A stretch of DNA of 64,000 bases. Source: an uncultured delta proteobacterium. Its GTDB lineage: Bacteria; Desulfobacterota; Desulfobacteria; Desulfobacterales; QNYZ01. Where the stretch lies: the NCBI GenBank assembly GCA_963845145.1, contig CAWJQU010000005.1:960001-1024000 (forward strand). Direction: 5' to 3'. This document shows, one piece after another, positions 19,707-28,964 of the stretch. Below the pieces are notes generated by a model. It saw only the letters and a program-made list of their open reading frames with translations, did no database searches and had not been told where the DNA came from. Within the stretch, counting starts at the first letter, position 1, and each line of letters begins with the position of its first letter. The translations under genes and the position numbers were made by a program.

Positions 19707-21314
19707 ATGTCCTTTAAAAAAATAAGAAACCTGGGCTTCATCACCATGCTGTTGCTGTTTTTTCTCATGGGCAGCTTGCCAACCGCTCTTGTTTTTTATG
19801 TTTCCAGACAAAACGACACCTTTGTTAATCAAATACAATTGTTGAATCAATCCATCGATTTGGATTCAGCTTTTAGGAAAGTCGCCACATCCTTCACCAA
19901 AACGGTTACCCAATCAACGGGTGACTTTACCACGATTCTAAAGCACCTTGCCGGTATTGATGCTGAATTAAAAAAATTAGACGCATGTATGTCCGAGAAG
20001 TGTCTTTTGCTGACTCCGAAATATATTGAAGCTGTCGGACAGTTATTAAAGAATGTTCGGAAATTTAAAATCGCGGTTAACCTCTATCAAAACGAATTCG
20101 AATCGGATCCCACTACTGATCAAACATTTCAATTGGAGGAGTTGGCCAATAAAGCGTTCGAGGAGACGCATGAGATTTTTGCCGAATTTTCACGGATGAC
20201 GACCGAAGATGTTGAAAAAACCTATGGGACGGTCAACCGGTTGATTAATCGGTCGCAGATCATCGCATTGATTGGGTTCTTGATCGGTTTTCTGGTGGCT
20301 GTTTTGATCATGATTAAATTGGACCACGCCGTGAATCGACCCATAAAAACCCTGGTTAAAGGTGCCCAGGCTATCGAACGCGGTGAACTGGGGTACCGCA
20401 TCGAATTATCTACCGATGATGAATTCGGACATCTGGCCATGGCCTTTAATTCAATGAGCCAAAGTTTAAAGGAGGGTTTCGAAAAACAACAAGATCTTTC
20501 CACGCAGGCATTACAAGCGGCGGAATCGGAAAAAGAAAAATCCAGCCAATTGGCGGATGCCCTTGAAAAGGCCAATATCGCCAATCGTGCCAAAAGTGAA
20601 TTTTTAGCCAACATGAGTCATGAACTACGTACCCCCCTGAATCATGTCATCGGGTTTTCCGAGTTGGTGGTGGATGAAAGTGTGGGTGCCTTAAACGATG
20701 TCCAGAAAGAGTATCTCTCCGATGTGATCTCCAGCGGGAATCATCTACTCTCCCTGATTAACGATCTGCTTGATCTGTCCAAAGTCGAAGCAGGGAAGAT
20801 GGAATTTTCACCCGCTCGTATCTCACTGCAGTTGTTACTGGAAAATAGCCTGCTGGTGGTTAAAGAAAAAGCGATGAAAAATAATGTGACCCTTGAATAC
20901 CGGATGAACGACGCCCCGGAAACACTCATGGCCGATGAGCGCAAAATTAGGCAGGTCATTTACAATCTCCTAGCCAATGCCATCAAATTTACTCCCGCCG
21001 ACGGCACGGTCTTGTTATCTGCCACGGGTACCAATGAAACACCCAATATTGATGCTACCAACGAACAAGTCGTTACTATTTCAGTTCAGGACACAGGGAT
21101 CGGTATCGCCCCGGAACATCTTGACGCCATTTTTAATCCCTTTGAACAGGTAGAAAACACCCTGAGCCGGAAATACCAGGGAACGGGTTTGGGGTTGTCG
21201 CTCTCCAAACAATTCGTTGAGATGCACGGTGGCCGCATTTGGGTGGAAAGCGATGGGTTTGAGCGGGGGGCCACCTTTTCATTTACTATTCCTGACCAGC
21301 ATATCACAACGTAG
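19707..21314 (+). CDS. HAMP-domain sensor histidine kinase
   Basis: Two TMs, HAMP ([13 protein letters not shown]), [35 protein letters not shown]. Confidence 0.93.
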   Translation: MSFKKIRNLGFITMLLLFFLMGSLPTALVFYVSRQNDTFVNQIQLLNQSIDLDSAFRKVATSFTKTVTQSTGDFTTILKHLAGIDAELKKLDACMSEKCLLLTPKYIEAVGQLLKNVRKFKIAVNLYQNEFESDPTTDQTFQLEELANKAFEETHEIFAEFSRMTTEDVEKTYGTVNRLINRSQIIALIGFLIGFLVAVLIMIKLDHAVNRPIKTLVKGAQAIERGELGYRIELSTDDEFGHLAMAFNSMSQSLKEGFEKQQDLSTQALQAAESEKEKSSQLADALEKANIANRAKSEFLANMSHELRTPLNHVIGFSELVVDESVGALNDVQKEYLSDVISSGNHLLSLINDLLDLSKVEAGKMEFSPARISLQLLLENSLLVVKEKAMKNNVTLEYRMNDAPETLMADERKIRQVIYNLLANAIKFTPADGTVLLSATGTNETPNIDATNEQVVTISVQDTGIGIAPEHLDAIFNPFEQVENTLSRKYQGTGLGLSLSKQFVEMHGGRIWVESDGFERGATFSFTIPDQHITT

Positions 21315-21386
21315 TCTTACACCACACCCATACTATCAGAGATAAGGTTTTTAGCCCCATGATTTGGATAAACGTGGACTCCCTTT

Positions 21387-23459
21387 TTATACCGATATTC
21401 CGATACGATATCCATCCGCGATGGCTTCTTTAATGGTGCCTGGAGACGCACCATCTCCGATGAGATAAATCTCCGGTATCTTTTTGGACAGATCTTTTTT
21501 AATCATGCTATCCAATTGTAACGGTTTAGCCAGAGCAATGGTATCATAAGTGATTGATTCACGAACCTTGCCATGTCGAAAGTGGACAACCTTTTTACCA
21601 ACACGTTCAATGGTCACACGCGTTCGTGTCTTCACACCAAAGCGCTCCATTTTCGCCAGAAAAATGGCTTTGGCGGTGGGCCCCAAATCTGACAACAGCG
21701 CATCCCCGGCTCCCAGAACCGTCACGTCGCGGCCAGCGCAGGCAAGGGCTATGCTCAGTTCTCCCCCAGCAAAACCGCTGCCGATAATAATCAGTTTCCT
21801 TCCCACAGGAAAAGGGACGCGCAATAAAAACCTGAGCAATTTTGGATGATAATACCGTGAAACAATGACGCCGGCGGCTTTCCAGAGCAACGATGCCACA
21901 ACGCCCTTGCCGGGAGGTATCTGTCCGTTTAATAGTTTTAGAATATCATGGGCGCTGATGATTTTTTGACCGGCCTTAGCGATGTTTTTGGGAACATTGG
22001 CAGGTCTTCCGCCGCTGGCTGCTACGGCTACATCAAAGGTTTCTTCAGCCAAAACCTTGAGGGCATCTTTACCCAGTTTCAAAAGAATGTTGGGGTGTTG
22101 CATTTTTCGTTCGAAATACCCGATTAACCCTTCCAACTCGGGGTTAAGGACGCTTCCCAGCAGTATCGCGCCGCCCAATCGTCGATTTTTCTCACAAAGG
22201 GTGACATGGTGGCCCCGCATGGCGGCCGTATGGGCGGCGGTCATACCCGCCGGTCCGCCACCTACAATCAATATTTTTTTAGGAGATAAGGCCATGCCCG
22301 GTTCAGGAGAGGTTTCGTGGCCAGCCCTGGGGTTAACCGTGCATTCGATGATCTTTTCCACACGGACATTGTCAATACATCTTAAGCATACCACACAAGG
22401 GGTGATACGGTGCGGTTGACCTTGTTTAACCTTGTTGGGGATTTCCGGGTCGGCGATCAGGGCTTTACCCATCGCTACCAGATCGGCGGTTCCGGAATCG
22501 ATAAGGTCCAACGCGTTTTGAGCCGAAATTCGGCCCACGGCAATGACCGGGATGTCAACCGCCGTTTTTATTTTTCCGGCCAGTTCCACCAAACCCGACT
22601 CGGCAATGGGGCGTTCGTGAATGGGTGCCGGAGCGCCATCATAGTCCACATAAACATGAACGGCATGAATGCCGGTAGCGGCAACGATAGCGGCAACTTT
22701 TCGGCTCTCTGAAGGTGTGATGCCGTTTTCAATCCGTGGATCTTCGCGGCTGTTGAAACGACATAAAATCGCCATTTTTTCACCAACGGCGGCAACGACG
22801 GCCGAAAGCACTTCCGTTAGCAACCGGGTTCGATTTTCCATACTGCCGCCGTACGCGTCATCGCGGATATTGTAGGCGCGCGAAATAAATTGACCGAGAA
22901 TACCACCGGTCGTAGCACTGATTTCAACACCGTCAAAACCGGCTTTAGATGCTAATTGGGCGGCGGATACATATGCCGAGGTTAACGCTTTCAGGGTATT
23001 CGGTTGTGCGGGTATGGGCATGTCCAGGCCTGGGGTGGGGATCGATGAGGGTGCGATAGGCGGTCCGCCGGTTAGTTGCGTCGAAGCGTTTTTACCGCCA
23101 TGGTGCAGCTGAATGAAAGCGGCGGCGCCATGCTCGTGGATCGCATCGGCCAAATTTTGAAGCCCGGGTAAATATTGTTCCCCACAGATCGCCAATTGAT
23201 GCAGATCGAAGCGTCCGCTTATGTCCACATAAGCAGGTTCAACAATAATCATACCGACCCCGCCCCTGGACCTCACCGAATGAAAGGCCAGATGACCGTC
23301 GGTCACAGACCCGTCTTTTGTGCCGAAATTAGTCAGCATGGCCGGCATCACGATGCGGTTTCGCAGGGTAATCGGGCCCAGCGTATAAGGTTGGAACAAA
23401 AGACGGTTTGAAAGTGTTGCCATGCGGTTTTTAGTCATCGGTTCAGTCTCGCATTTCAT
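21387..23459 (-). CDS. NADH:flavin oxidoreductase (OYE barrel + 4Fe-4S + FAD/NAD domain)
   Basis: LRNRIVMPAM, QLHHGG, RDDAYGGSMENR, CVVCLRC...CTVNP, GGGPAG. Start uncertain (23459, 23438 or 23423). Confidence 0.9.
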   Translation of the reverse strand: MKCETEPMTKNRMATLSNRLLFQPYTLGPITLRNRIVMPAMLTNFGTKDGSVTDGHLAFHSVRSRGGVGMIIVEPAYVDISGRFDLHQLAICGEQYLPGLQNLADAIHEHGAAAFIQLHHGGKNASTQLTGGPPIAPSSIPTPGLDMPIPAQPNTLKALTSAYVSAAQLASKAGFDGVEISATTGGILGQFISRAYNIRDDAYGGSMENRTRLLTEVLSAVVAAVGEKMAILCRFNSREDPRIENGITPSESRKVAAIVAATGIHAVHVYVDYDGAPAPIHERPIAESGLVELAGKIKTAVDIPVIAVGRISAQNALDLIDSGTADLVAMGKALIADPEIPNKVKQGQPHRITPCVVCLRCIDNVRVEKIIECTVNPRAGHETSPEPGMALSPKKILIVGGGPAGMTAAHTAAMRGHHVTLCEKNRRLGGAILLGSVLNPELEGLIGYFERKMQHPNILLKLGKDALKVLAEETFDVAVAASGGRPANVPKNIAKAGQKIISAHDILKLLNGQIPPGKGVVASLLWKAAGVIVSRYYHPKLLRFLLRVPFPVGRKLIIIGSGFAGGELSIALACAGRDVTVLGAGDALLSDLGPTAKAIFLAKMERFGVKTRTRVTIERVGKKVVHFRHGKVRESITYDTIALAKPLQLDSMIKKDLSKKIPEIYLIGDGASPGTIKEAIADGYRIGISV

Positions 23460-23469
23460 GGTAACTCGT

Positions 23470-24645
23470 TTACAGGCATCCCAATTCGACAATGGGTTTG
23501 TTTTCTAGCAGACGTGCGGGGCTGAAAATGGACAAATCAAGGGTAGGTGTCAACGCTAAAATTAGTTCCGATATATATCGGCCAACGGCCGGGGATTGCT
23601 GCAATCCGTGTCCTGAAAACCCATTGGCCAGATAGAAACCTTTCAACCGGGGCCATTCGCCCAACAGGGCATTCCAGTCAAACGTGTTGATAGCATAAAG
23701 TCCGGCCCATCCTCTTAACAGTTTAAGGGTATCAAAAGCCGGCACTACTTCTGCCAGTTGCGGCCAGAGAATATCCATGAACTTTTTTTCATCCCAGGAG
23801 AGATCATAACCAATCGGATCACCCTGGGGGGAGTCTCCGGCCAGGATCAGTGAATCTCCGGTTTCGGTTCTGAAAATGATGCCGTTGGGCCAGACGGTGA
23901 GGGGTAGGGGGTGCTCCGGTTTTGTCTTTGTGTCCAAACAGTATACCTGTTTTTGGGTGGGCTCAATGGGCAGATCGACGCCTGCTGTGGCGGCGATATC
24001 GGCGGCCCAGGCCCCGGCGCAATTGACGATAATACTCGCCGCTAGGGTTTCACCCGTCGCTAGGGAGACACTCTGGACCCGTCCATTGGCGGTAAGTATT
24101 GCCTTAACCTCTCCGGTAATATAGCGCACCCCCATGGACTTGGATTTGGCCTTGTACCCGTTTAAAAATGAATACCCATCTAGATGACCGTCATCGCGAC
24201 CGAAGGTTCCTGCAACAATACCATCGACATTGTAAAGGGGGTACCGGTTTTTAATTTCGGCCGGCGACAACCACTCCACGGCGCAATCCAATCGTTTTTG
24301 AAGGTTGTAAGAACCTTCGGCTGTCTGAACATCTTGGGCGTCGTAGAGAAATAGATTACCCTCCTTGCGCCAGGATATGAAGGGCTTTTCATCATCAACA
24401 CGCATGTCCTCTTCAAATGTTTTCAGGACGTTCACGGTGTGCTTCGATATCCGAACATTCTCCTCGAGTGAAAAATTCGTTCGGACATTGGCCATGGACA
24501 AAGTGGAAGACGCCTTTGAGTAAGTCGGGTCCTTTTCTACCACGGCAAGTCGCAGGGATTTATCTTGAGCCATCAAGTGGTAAGCTGTGGAACATCCCAT
24601 CAAACCGCCACCGATAATGATAACATCATAGGCCGGCTGTATCAT
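23470..24645 (-). CDS. FAD-dependent oxidoreductase, DAO/sarcosine oxidase beta-like
   Basis: IIGGGLMG, VNCAGAWA, GWAGLY, GFSGHGLQQSP. Confidence 0.9.
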   Translation of the reverse strand: MIQPAYDVIIIGGGLMGCSTAYHLMAQDKSLRLAVVEKDPTYSKASSTLSMANVRTNFSLEENVRISKHTVNVLKTFEEDMRVDDEKPFISWRKEGNLFLYDAQDVQTAEGSYNLQKRLDCAVEWLSPAEIKNRYPLYNVDGIVAGTFGRDDGHLDGYSFLNGYKAKSKSMGVRYITGEVKAILTANGRVQSVSLATGETLAASIIVNCAGAWAADIAATAGVDLPIEPTQKQVYCLDTKTKPEHPLPLTVWPNGIIFRTETGDSLILAGDSPQGDPIGYDLSWDEKKFMDILWPQLAEVVPAFDTLKLLRGWAGLYAINTFDWNALLGEWPRLKGFYLANGFSGHGLQQSPAVGRYISELILALTPTLDLSIFSPARLLENKPIVELGCL

Positions 24646-24828
24646 TTTTACTCCTTAAAAATAGATAACCCTTTTCCGCTCAATATTAGTTCCTTATGAC
24701 AATGAGAAAATCGAGCTGAGCAGGCTAACGGATATATTGGCCCAAAGACAAAATAAGGGAATCAATTGGTTGACGAATGGGGTGGTTGACTCATTGGAAA
24801 GAGATCGGCCCAATCGCTAAATCTTTAT

Positions 24829-24856
24829 TGCGGCGGGAAATGATTTTCCCGCCGCA
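24829..24856 (-). other. Stem-loop after the SBP gene
   Basis: TGCGGCGGGAAA-TGAT-TTTCCCGCCGCA, perfect 12-bp stem. Confidence 0.6.
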
Positions 24857-24864
24857 TCCGATGC

Positions 24865-26481
24865 TTATTTTCCTTTTGCGCGAGGGGAGGTTTCATCCAC
24901 CCAAACACTATCGAGATGTTGATACATCATTTCCACGCCCACCGGTTCCATGCCGTGAACCCATGGCTGATAGGCAATGGCCGCTTTATTATAATTATAG
25001 AACCAGAAAATGGCCTCTTCCGTAAGGATATCGTTGGCAATCCGAATCAGTTCTATTTTGGTTTCTTTATCATCGACTTTATAGGCCAGATCGACGGTAC
25101 GATCAAAGCTGTCAATCTTTAAACCGGTTTCCCCCCGCTTTTTGAAACGTGGGTTTTCGGAATGGAAGCGATGCATCGACGACAGGGCTTCCGGGCCGGA
25201 GTTGTGACTCATAATTCCCATATCGAACTTTCCGTCCATGTAGCGTTCAATAGCTACGGCATTCTCTACACGTTCAATTTTCACATCAATATTAATCTTT
25301 TTCAAAAACGGCGTCATGGCCTCTATGACTCCTGCGCCATAGTCGCTTGAGCTGCCGCCCATTCCAACGACGGAAAATCCTTTTTCATATCCGGCCGCCT
25401 TCATCAGACCCATCGCCTTCTCAGGGTTATACTCGTATTGCCGTCCATTGACATCATATCCCGGAGTGGTCGGGCATAGAAAACCGGTGGCGGGATAGGC
25501 TTTGTTTTTGGCATATTTTTCGACAATTAGTTTCCGGTCGATGGCATAGTTGATGGCCTGTCGAACGCGCTTATCGCCAAAAGGTTTGCGACCATCCGGC
25601 AAAGTATAGTTGGGGTTGAATCGAACAGCACGGGTAAACATTTCCGCAACCTCCAATATATTTTTGGAAAGGTCGGGATTTTTTGAATAGTGAGCATATT
25701 GATCTGAATTTAATAAATTCGCATCTAACTCCTGGTTTTGAAACGCCATATCGCGTGCGGACGAATCCGCACCGATTTTGAATACAACTTCATCCAGATA
25801 AGGTTTGCCCGACACATAAAAGTCCGGGTTTTTTTCTAAAATGATTTCACTGCCCTTAACCCAGCTCTTAAATTTGAACGGGCCACAACCCACAGGAACG
25901 GACCCAAAATCTTCTTTTTCCGCCGCCTCTTTGGGAACAATGGCAACACCCGGACGCCACAGTTCCATACCGGGATCGATGACCTCCTTAAACGTAAGTT
26001 GTACGGTCATCTCATCGATCTTTTTTACACCGGAAACAGATTGTGTTTGGCCGTCTATTCTTTCCTTGGCCCCTTCGACCATCATAATCAGATGCGAACA
26101 AGCTAGTTTTTTATCGGGGTCTGCCAATCGGTTGTACGAATATACCACGTCATCCGCGGTTACCTTGCGGCCATTATGAAATTTTGCATTCTTTAAGGTG
26201 TAGGTATAGGTCTTTTTATCTTCCGAAATCTTCACACTATCGGCCAACTCTAGTTTATACGTGCTGTTGGCTGAATCCCACCCATATAGTCCGCGATGGA
26301 TATTCAAAAATACGAGAATATTTTTATCGTCATTGGTATTGTGGGGGTCCAGTGTATCCACGGATATCCCATAGGGGGCGATCCAGACAAATGTCCCACC
26401 GGGTCTTTGAGCCAGCGCACCGGTGCTCATAAAACTTAAACAAATGGCCAATAATAAAAAACCAATCCCGAACTTACGCAT
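24865..26481 (-). CDS. ABC substrate-binding protein, family 5 (DppA/OppA-like)
   Basis: Signal peptide ending ALA; TLDPH, KFHNG, PVGCGPFK, RVRQAINYAIDR; AAGGAG RBS before ATG 26481. Confidence 0.92.
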   Translation of the reverse strand: MRKFGIGFLLLAICLSFMSTGALAQRPGGTFVWIAPYGISVDTLDPHNTNDDKNILVFLNIHRGLYGWDSANSTYKLELADSVKISEDKKTYTYTLKNAKFHNGRKVTADDVVYSYNRLADPDKKLACSHLIMMVEGAKERIDGQTQSVSGVKKIDEMTVQLTFKEVIDPGMELWRPGVAIVPKEAAEKEDFGSVPVGCGPFKFKSWVKGSEIILEKNPDFYVSGKPYLDEVVFKIGADSSARDMAFQNQELDANLLNSDQYAHYSKNPDLSKNILEVAEMFTRAVRFNPNYTLPDGRKPFGDKRVRQAINYAIDRKLIVEKYAKNKAYPATGFLCPTTPGYDVNGRQYEYNPEKAMGLMKAAGYEKGFSVVGMGGSSSDYGAGVIEAMTPFLKKINIDVKIERVENAVAIERYMDGKFDMGIMSHNSGPEALSSMHRFHSENPRFKKRGETGLKIDSFDRTVDLAYKVDDKETKIELIRIANDILTEEAIFWFYNYNKAAIAYQPWVHGMEPVGVEMMYQHLDSVWVDETSPRAKGK

Positions 26482-26627
26482 AATCTCTCCTTTTCCATGG
26501 GTTGGGTAAGTGATTTTCGAAACCATTTGAAAGTCCGCGGTTATTTCGAGCCGAGGCCGTTAAGTTATCGATACAACCAGCAGTTTCGGGTGGTTTCAGA
26601 TGGGCGACAACACTTACGTCAAGAATG

Positions 26628-26648
26628 AATATTCATATAAAGAATAAA
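26628..26648. promoter_or_regulatory. Candidate operator TATTC-N7-GAATA, site 1
   Basis: AATATTCATATAAAGAATA; its reverse complement matches site 2 at 18 of 19 positions. Confidence 0.6.
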
Positions 26649-26825
26649 TTAGTTTATGTAAACAAAAAAATATTCCATACGATGGAGAGAAGAGGCTAGG
26701 GATGGATTGATGCCGCCCGGATGGGGCGGCACCATCGTGGCCTTACGGGTGCAAAGATTGCGATTCGTATCGTTGGGCCGGATTGAAAAAGGCGGCTCTG
26801 CGCCTAAGGAGTACCGTAACTGAGA

Positions 26826-27137
26826 TTAACCGGCCATTCGTTCTACTTTAAAAATGACCGGACGAAGCCCATCCGTGCAGCAAGTCACCATAGTGTTCGG
26901 TGCCTTCATCCATTCCCGATCAAATCCGCCGCCCTGGGCGAGGGTGAAAAGGACCTTATGAATATCATTCCAGGCCCAGCTGCAAAATCCTTCGGGTTGT
27001 TGGCCCATTTGGCAGGTGATTTCTTCGCCATCGGCGAATTTGGAACATGGGCCAGGATCGACCTGACAGTATGTGTCTACCAATTCGGGGTAATAGGTTC
27101 GCTTTAGAACCGTGATTTTAAAATCTCCGGCTGCCAT
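26826..27137 (-). CDS. TIGR04076-like Cys-rich protein
   Basis: KITVLK, PC..F..G, PEGFCSWAW.DI, CCTDGLRPVIFKVER; AAGGAGG RBS. Confidence 0.85.
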   Translation of the reverse strand: MAAGDFKITVLKRTYYPELVDTYCQVDPGPCSKFADGEEITCQMGQQPEGFCSWAWNDIHKVLFTLAQGGGFDREWMKAPNTMVTCCTDGLRPVIFKVERMAG

Positions 27138-27167
27138 TATCTTCCTCCTTTATGTGAGTGCAAATAC

Positions 27168-27188
27168 AATATTCTTTAAATGAATATT
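27168..27188. promoter_or_regulatory. Candidate operator TATTC-N7-GAATA, site 2
   Basis: AATATTC-TTTAAAT-GAATATT inverted repeat about 30 bp upstream of the start codon. Confidence 0.6.
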
Positions 27189-27238
27189 ATTTGATGGGGT
27201 TTGGCAAGAAATATTTTTCGAGACTAAAGCGGCAGCTA

Positions 27239-28402
27239 TTATGATTCGGACAACGCTTGCACCAAATCCCATGTCTTGGCGGGGATGTGACCGCTTTGGA
27301 CCATTTGGGTGATTGCTCTTCGCGATGCATCGCGCCACGGTATTGGGTTGGTTTGAAGGTAGACTGCCTCGTAGGTGGTCATGTTGGCCGTTTCGTTTTC
27401 AACTTCCATGCGTGGCGCCAGCTCACTGAAATAATCGCCGGTTTCGTCACAGGCATCGCGAAGGGCCTTCTGAATTGTGGGGGGTATGGAGAGATATTTG
27501 ATTTCGTTGACTCCCACGGCAAGAACGGGGGGAACATCTCCCAGGCGGGTCACGTAGCGTCCATGCTTGCAAAATCCCATTGGATAGAGATGGGATTTAT
27601 GACTGGGCAAAATGTCGAAGTCATGATTATCCCAAGCAGCCTTAACGTTTGGCCAGTGTATGATGACCGGTTCGGCTCCCATCAATTCCCAGAATTTGGC
27701 CACAAGTGGGATATCGAAGGTCCGAACCCGAAGACCCTTGATGTCATCGGGGTGAAGAATGGGTTTGGTGGACACCAATACCCGTTCGATTCCCCGATGC
27801 CAATTCCATTGGCGGTTCAGGATTCGAATACCTTGGGATTGAATGGCCGAAACGCCTTCATTTTCAAAGTATTTCGATCTCAAGTAAGCGTATAAGTGCG
27901 CGGTTGAATTGAAAACGAATGGCAGTCCTGTCAGACTGACGGCGCTGGTGAATGTTTGATAGAAAATCAACTCTTCGATGAATATATCGATCACACCCTC
28001 TCGAAGCAGTTTCACCTGGTCTTGGCTGGAATCGGTACCCGTAGCCCGAAGGGAATGAATGGACATTTTACCATCGGTCAGTTGTTGAACGCGAGCGGCA
28101 AACCATTCCAGCGCCCTGTTTTCAGGTCCGGCCACCGCATCATTGGTTCCCAATACCCGTGGAATTTCCTCTTCCCGTTGCAGAAAATAAGCGGCAGGTC
28201 GATCCAGAACGCGGCATAGCTTGATCAAGGTGTTTACGGAGATCGCCGTTTTTCCATTTTCAATCTTGGACAGTTGGCTCTGCGAGATACCGATATTCGC
28301 ACTCAAATCAACCGATCGAAGGTTTATGGCTTTGCGAAGCTCCTTGATTCGGTTGCCGATATCACGTTGGAGTTCCAGCTTTTCAGGATCTAATCGTTTC
28401 AT
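27239..28402 (-). CDS. XRE-family HTH regulator fused to a TRAP DctP-like solute-binding domain
   Basis: N-term IGNRIKELRK...GISQSQLSKIENG; C-term KPILHPDDIKGLRVR...MGAEPV typical of DctP; no signal peptide. Alternative start TTG 28408. Confidence 0.82.
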   Translation of the reverse strand: MKRLDPEKLELQRDIGNRIKELRKAINLRSVDLSANIGISQSQLSKIENGKTAISVNTLIKLCRVLDRPAAYFLQREEEIPRVLGTNDAVAGPENRALEWFAARVQQLTDGKMSIHSLRATGTDSSQDQVKLLREGVIDIFIEELIFYQTFTSAVSLTGLPFVFNSTAHLYAYLRSKYFENEGVSAIQSQGIRILNRQWNWHRGIERVLVSTKPILHPDDIKGLRVRTFDIPLVAKFWELMGAEPVIIHWPNVKAAWDNHDFDILPSHKSHLYPMGFCKHGRYVTRLGDVPPVLAVGVNEIKYLSIPPTIQKALRDACDETGDYFSELAPRMEVENETANMTTYEAVYLQTNPIPWRDASRRAITQMVQSGHIPAKTWDLVQALSES

Positions 28403-28964
28403 ATTCAAAGCGGTTATCCATAATATTCGCCCGTGGGCCGACCATGTTTATCTAAAACCGGTCGGTGGTCCCAAATAACCCTAAATGCCTCGGTCAGAAT
28501 CGGCATGGGCCCGGGGGAAGTATCAACTTGTTTTTTAAGGTGTCAATGAAACAAATTACGGCGAACGATAAAGATAAACACCGTTTCGGTTTTTTTGCAA
28601 CAAGCGTTATAGCGGCTTTTTGATTCCGAAACGGAATCGATACTGAGCGGCGGACAGAGTGCTCTGACAACATCATATTCGATCCTCATTTAATCATCAT
28701 GGGTCGTTCTCATTTTTTAAATGGGCGGGAACCGGTTAAGTTTTTTATAAAACAGCCGATAGGTTAAAGGGTGGTAATTTTAATGGAGGCTTTTCAAAAG
28801 GGGCGAAAAAGATGACCGTTTTAAACCCGATCGATGTCACGGGTCTACGGTGCTTGAATATCGCGTTTGTATAAGGTAATAATTGCGTGTGAAGGCCGTC
28901 AAAGATTCCTATTAAAGTTCTAAATTGAGCCACGCCTCATAAACCAGGGGGGGAAACTGCAATA

